Source of the DNA: Planctomycetota bacterium
GTDB lineage: Bacteria; Planctomycetota; SZUA-567; H5-PLA8
Assembly (NCBI GenBank): GCA_015075375.1
Contig: JABTUM010000002.1
Span: forward strand, 16,306-80,305
DNA length: 64,000 nucleotides
Direction: 5' to 3'
The notes under the pieces were generated by a model. The model did not search any database. It saw nothing but the letters and a program-made list of their open reading frames with translations, and was not told where the DNA came from. The position numbers and the translations under genes were made by a program. The first letter of the stretch is position 1, and every line of letters begins with the position of its first letter. Shown in pieces: positions 61,220 through 64,000 of the stretch.

Positions 61220-63544
61220 TTAAACTGGACGCTGCAGCCAGAGCACCATGGCGTTGTACAGCGCATGTACGTAGATCGGGGCCAGAAGCGATTTACCGTG
61301 CTCAAAGGCCAACGCCGCGCAGACGCCCATCGCGAATACCGGTGGGAACGAGAGCGGTGGATGAACGGTCGCGAAGACGGCGGCGCTGAGCAGCACGGAA
61401 GGCCAGATGCCGAAGTTTTCTCGCATGCCCCGGTAAATCATGCCCCGGAAAATGGCTTCTTCGCACAGCGGCGCCGCGACGACGGCGAGCGGCACGATCC
61501 ACCAACCTAAGCTGGGCAGCTGGGCGCCCGCATCGTTGCGCGCGAGTTCGAACCAGTAGTTCAGCCACGGCCAGTGCTCCGCCAGCCATAGATAACCCGC
61601 GCCCGCACCCAAGGCCGGCAAGGCCCAGATCGTGCCGGCCAACGGGGTGGCGATCCAGCCGCTCCCGCGTACGAGTCCCAAGGTGTTCCAGAGCCGCGGA
61701 ACTTCGTGCCGCCAGAGCGTGTAGAGGGTCAGCGCCAAGGTCAGCGCACCGGCGGCGGAAAAGGCGATGAACTGCGCCGCCCCGAATGGGATTCTCAACG
61801 CAAGGCTCAACAAGAGAAAGACGCCTTGAAGTACAAAGAAGAGCACCACGGCGATGAGCCCGTCGCTAAGGGTCAGGCGCGCCGGGGGCCTCGAGACGGG
61901 ATCGAGAATGTAGGGCACCATCGCGGCTACCTTCTGCCACAGCGCCAAGGCCAACGCCGAAAGGAGCACCAACAGCGTAATCTTCGCCCACGCGCTGTTG
62001 GCGTAAAAACCGTAGATGTACAGTCCTTCCAAGAGCATTAGGGGATACAGATAGTCTGGGCGTAGACGGTGGCGCGGATCCTTCTCTTCCGGATTGCAGG
62101 CGAAGACCCCAAATGCGGCGGCGATCAGGGCGAACAAAGGCAATCCCGCCAGCGCATAGGCGCTTTCACTTACCAGATCGGCTGACGGACCCAAGGTGAA
62201 CCAACCCCATCCCAAAATCGCCGCGGTGTACAACGAGGCCAATCCGCCCCACAGGAGTGCTTTTTGACGGAGCATCAAGTCCAGGCGGCGCGGAAAGGTA
62301 TACAGCAGCCAAAGGGCCGGACCTTCGGCGGTCAGGACAGTGACGGCGCTGAAGAGCAGCACGTATCCGCCCATCCCGAATGCGATTGCACCCATATGGC
62401 GCACGTCGGTAAAGCCCTTCTTCAGGAGGTCGGGATTGAAGACGAGTTGCATGCCCGCGATGGCCAGCGGAGTAAACAGGGTGCTGACCAAAAAAGTGCG
62501 ATCGCGCAGCAGCAGCCGCAGATCCTTGCCGGCTACGCCGCTCAGCAGTGGCTTACGCGCTCCGGTTCGCGGTGGCGGCAAGCCGCGCGTGCCTTGCAGC
62601 GGACCGGTTGACTCGATAAAGCCCCGCGCCGTCAACCGTTCGAGAAGCCGCCAGCCCAGCATTCCGAATACCGCGCATGCGCCTCCGTAAACCGCGAGAC
62701 TGGCGCCGACGGCTTGCTCGCCCGGGCCCATGGCCCAAGCCACGTTCACCACCCACCCGCCGGGAATCCAGGCGCACCAGTCGCCGCAGAGGTTGAGCCA
62801 GGCCCAGATAAAGTAGTCCGGTTTCTTCATGCCGGCCATGGGAGCCATGACCAGCATGAGACCCACCAAACTCAGCAGTATGGTCATGCCATGAATGTTG
62901 CGCAGCATCGACGGCGGACAGCACATCCGGAGAGTTGTTTCCAGCAGGACACGTCCCATTCCGATGAGCGCCACGAAGGGGACCGCCAGCGCCAGTGCGA
63001 GCACCGGGGCGCTCCAGCGCAGACCCCAATGCCAGGAGAGGCAGCCCAAAAACGCGGTGACCGAGAGCCAGCCGAAGAAATCGAGCACGGTCTGCTCTGC
63101 GATCTTGGCCAGCAGCATGGTTCGAGGCGAGACTGGGAGGGTGAGCAGCCACTCGAGATCCCACTCCAGGCGCGCCGGGTCGCTGGAGCGCTGAGCGAAA
63201 CCGAGCAGAATCAAGGTCGCAAAAAGCTGAGTCAGCAGCAGCGCGGATGCTTCGGCCAGCTTGGCTTCGCCGATCGCGAACACGATGCCTGTCACGATGT
63301 TATGAGCAATAAAGATGGATTGCAGGATCGAGAGCAGCCCCAGCGCGACCGGAAGCACCCAGCCCATTCCGCGTTTACCGGGAGATGCTTGGCGTTTTGC
63401 GGGTGCATCCTTCTTCTTGGCGCGACCGCGGAACCCGCTGAGGAACAGGTTGCTAAAGCGGCGCAGCCTCAAGCCCAGGTAGAGCCGGATCGCCCGAGAG
63501 GCCCGGATCGGCGGCGGCGCGAGGGAAGGGGAATCAGACACCAT
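61220..63544 (-). CDS. Polytopic ABC-exporter-permease-like protein fused to a C-terminal CPBP (CAAX/Abi) intramembrane protease domain
   Basis: 774 aa. The N-terminal ~480 aa has many TM segments (EWDLEWLLTLPVSPRTMLLAK is typical of putative ABC exporter permeases). The C-terminus has all three CPBP motifs: EEAIFRG, FATVH and HALYN. Its start overlaps the upstream ATPase gene by 11 nt. Confidence 0.7.
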   Translation of the reverse strand: MVSDSPSLAPPPIRASRAIRLYLGLRLRRFSNLFLSGFRGRAKKKDAPAKRQASPGKRGMGWVLPVALGLLSILQSIFIAHNIVTGIVFAIGEAKLAEASALLLTQLFATLILLGFAQRSSDPARLEWDLEWLLTLPVSPRTMLLAKIAEQTVLDFFGWLSVTAFLGCLSWHWGLRWSAPVLALALAVPFVALIGMGRVLLETTLRMCCPPSMLRNIHGMTILLSLVGLMLVMAPMAGMKKPDYFIWAWLNLCGDWCAWIPGGWVVNVAWAMGPGEQAVGASLAVYGGACAVFGMLGWRLLERLTARGFIESTGPLQGTRGLPPPRTGARKPLLSGVAGKDLRLLLRDRTFLVSTLFTPLAIAGMQLVFNPDLLKKGFTDVRHMGAIAFGMGGYVLLFSAVTVLTAEGPALWLLYTFPRRLDLMLRQKALLWGGLASLYTAAILGWGWFTLGPSADLVSESAYALAGLPLFALIAAAFGVFACNPEEKDPRHRLRPDYLYPLMLLEGLYIYGFYANSAWAKITLLVLLSALALALWQKVAAMVPYILDPVSRPPARLTLSDGLIAVVLFFVLQGVFLLLSLALRIPFGAAQFIAFSAAGALTLALTLYTLWRHEVPRLWNTLGLVRGSGWIATPLAGTIWALPALGAGAGYLWLAEHWPWLNYWFELARNDAGAQLPSLGWWIVPLAVVAAPLCEEAIFRGMIYRGMRENFGIWPSVLLSAAVFATVHPPLSFPPVFAMGVCAALAFEHGKSLLAPIYVHALYNAMVLWLQRPV

Positions 63545-64000
63545 TCGACTCGGGCGGAGGCGCGGCCGGAGGAGCGTCGGCAGCCGGATGGGCCGGCTCC
63601 GCAGTCTGCGGCATGGCCACGGCGAAGAAGAGATCTTCCAGCGAACCGCCTACACGCAAGGCCGTACGCAGCTCATCCAAGGTGCCCAGCGCCGCGAGCT
63701 TGCCTTGCATGACGATGCCCACTCGGTGGCAGAGCTTCTGCGCCATGTCGAGCAGGTGGGTGCTCAGGAAGACCGTTCGCCCTTCGGCGGCGATATCTCG
63801 AATCAGCGACTGAATCAATCGCGCGGCAATCGGGTCGAGCCCGTTGGTGGGTTCGTCCAGGATCAGGACCGGCGGATTGTGGATCAGAGCGCACGCCAAG
63901 CCCAGCTTTTTCTTCATGCCTGTGCTGTAGTTCGCCGCGAACTCGTCGCCGGCTTCGTCCAAGGTCATACGCGTGAAGAGATCGTCGACGCGCCGGTTCA
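63534..64000 (-). CDS. ABC transporter ATP-binding protein, partial (N-terminus beyond the right edge)
   Basis: YSTGMKKKLGLACAL (signature), LILDEPTNGLD (Walker B), FLSTHLL (H-loop). The frame stays open to the window end. Confidence 0.85.
   Translation of the reverse strand, partial: NRRVDDLFTRMTLDEAGDEFAANYSTGMKKKLGLACALIHNPPVLILDEPTNGLDPIAARLIQSLIRDIAAEGRTVFLSTHLLDMAQKLCHRVGIVMQGKLAALGTLDELRTALRVGGSLEDLFFAVAMPQTAEPAHPAADAPPAAPPPESNGV

Overview
GC-rich, densely coding bacterial chromosomal segment with about 50 supportable CDS and no rRNA, tRNA or CRISPR array that I can find. The gene content suggests a PVC-like or related environmental lineage: prepilin-type pseudopilins, a sulfatase, secreted beta-helix/LamG proteins, TPR/HEAT/CHAT proteins and many receiver domains. 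That taxonomic guess is inference only. Most of the window is housekeeping or ordinary accessory genes. These include a ClC channel, rlmN, a sensor kinase beside a sigma-54-type regulator, GTP-PEPCK, ptsI, class 3 FBPase, transketolase, an sthA-like gene, a cobA-hemD fusion, purU, an MFS transporter and an ABC transporter. Four regions deserve a second look. (1) 7.3-10.1 kb is a sharply AT-rich island of small orphan ORFs. They are separated by three copies of a ~360-380 bp GC-rich structured repeat, which starts at a relic resembling the 3' end of an IS200/RAYT-like gene and ends in a 7-bp tandem-repeat expansion just upstream of the sensor kinase. The layout is cassette-array-like, comparable to integrons or orphan-immunity arrays, but no recombinase is visible. 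(2) 19.5-28.2 kb is a same-strand five-gene cluster: a STAS-like protein, a cNMP-binding protein, an exported HEAT/TPR protein, a protein with a PqqD-like C-terminus, and a GYF/Pro-rich/TM/TPR/CHAT caspase-like protease. I cannot assign it to a described system. (3) Two tandem pilin-like genes lie next to a TMTC/TfpW-like GT-C glycosyltransferase with TPRs. (4) A DprE1/DprE2/UbiA (decaprenyl-phospho-arabinose-type) trio sits at 49-52 kb, which together with (3) suggests possible pilin or protein arabinosylation. Many very long ORFs in the supplied track are antisense or out-of-frame artefacts of the high GC content and were rejected. All family names come from motif recognition by eye and memory; no searches were run.
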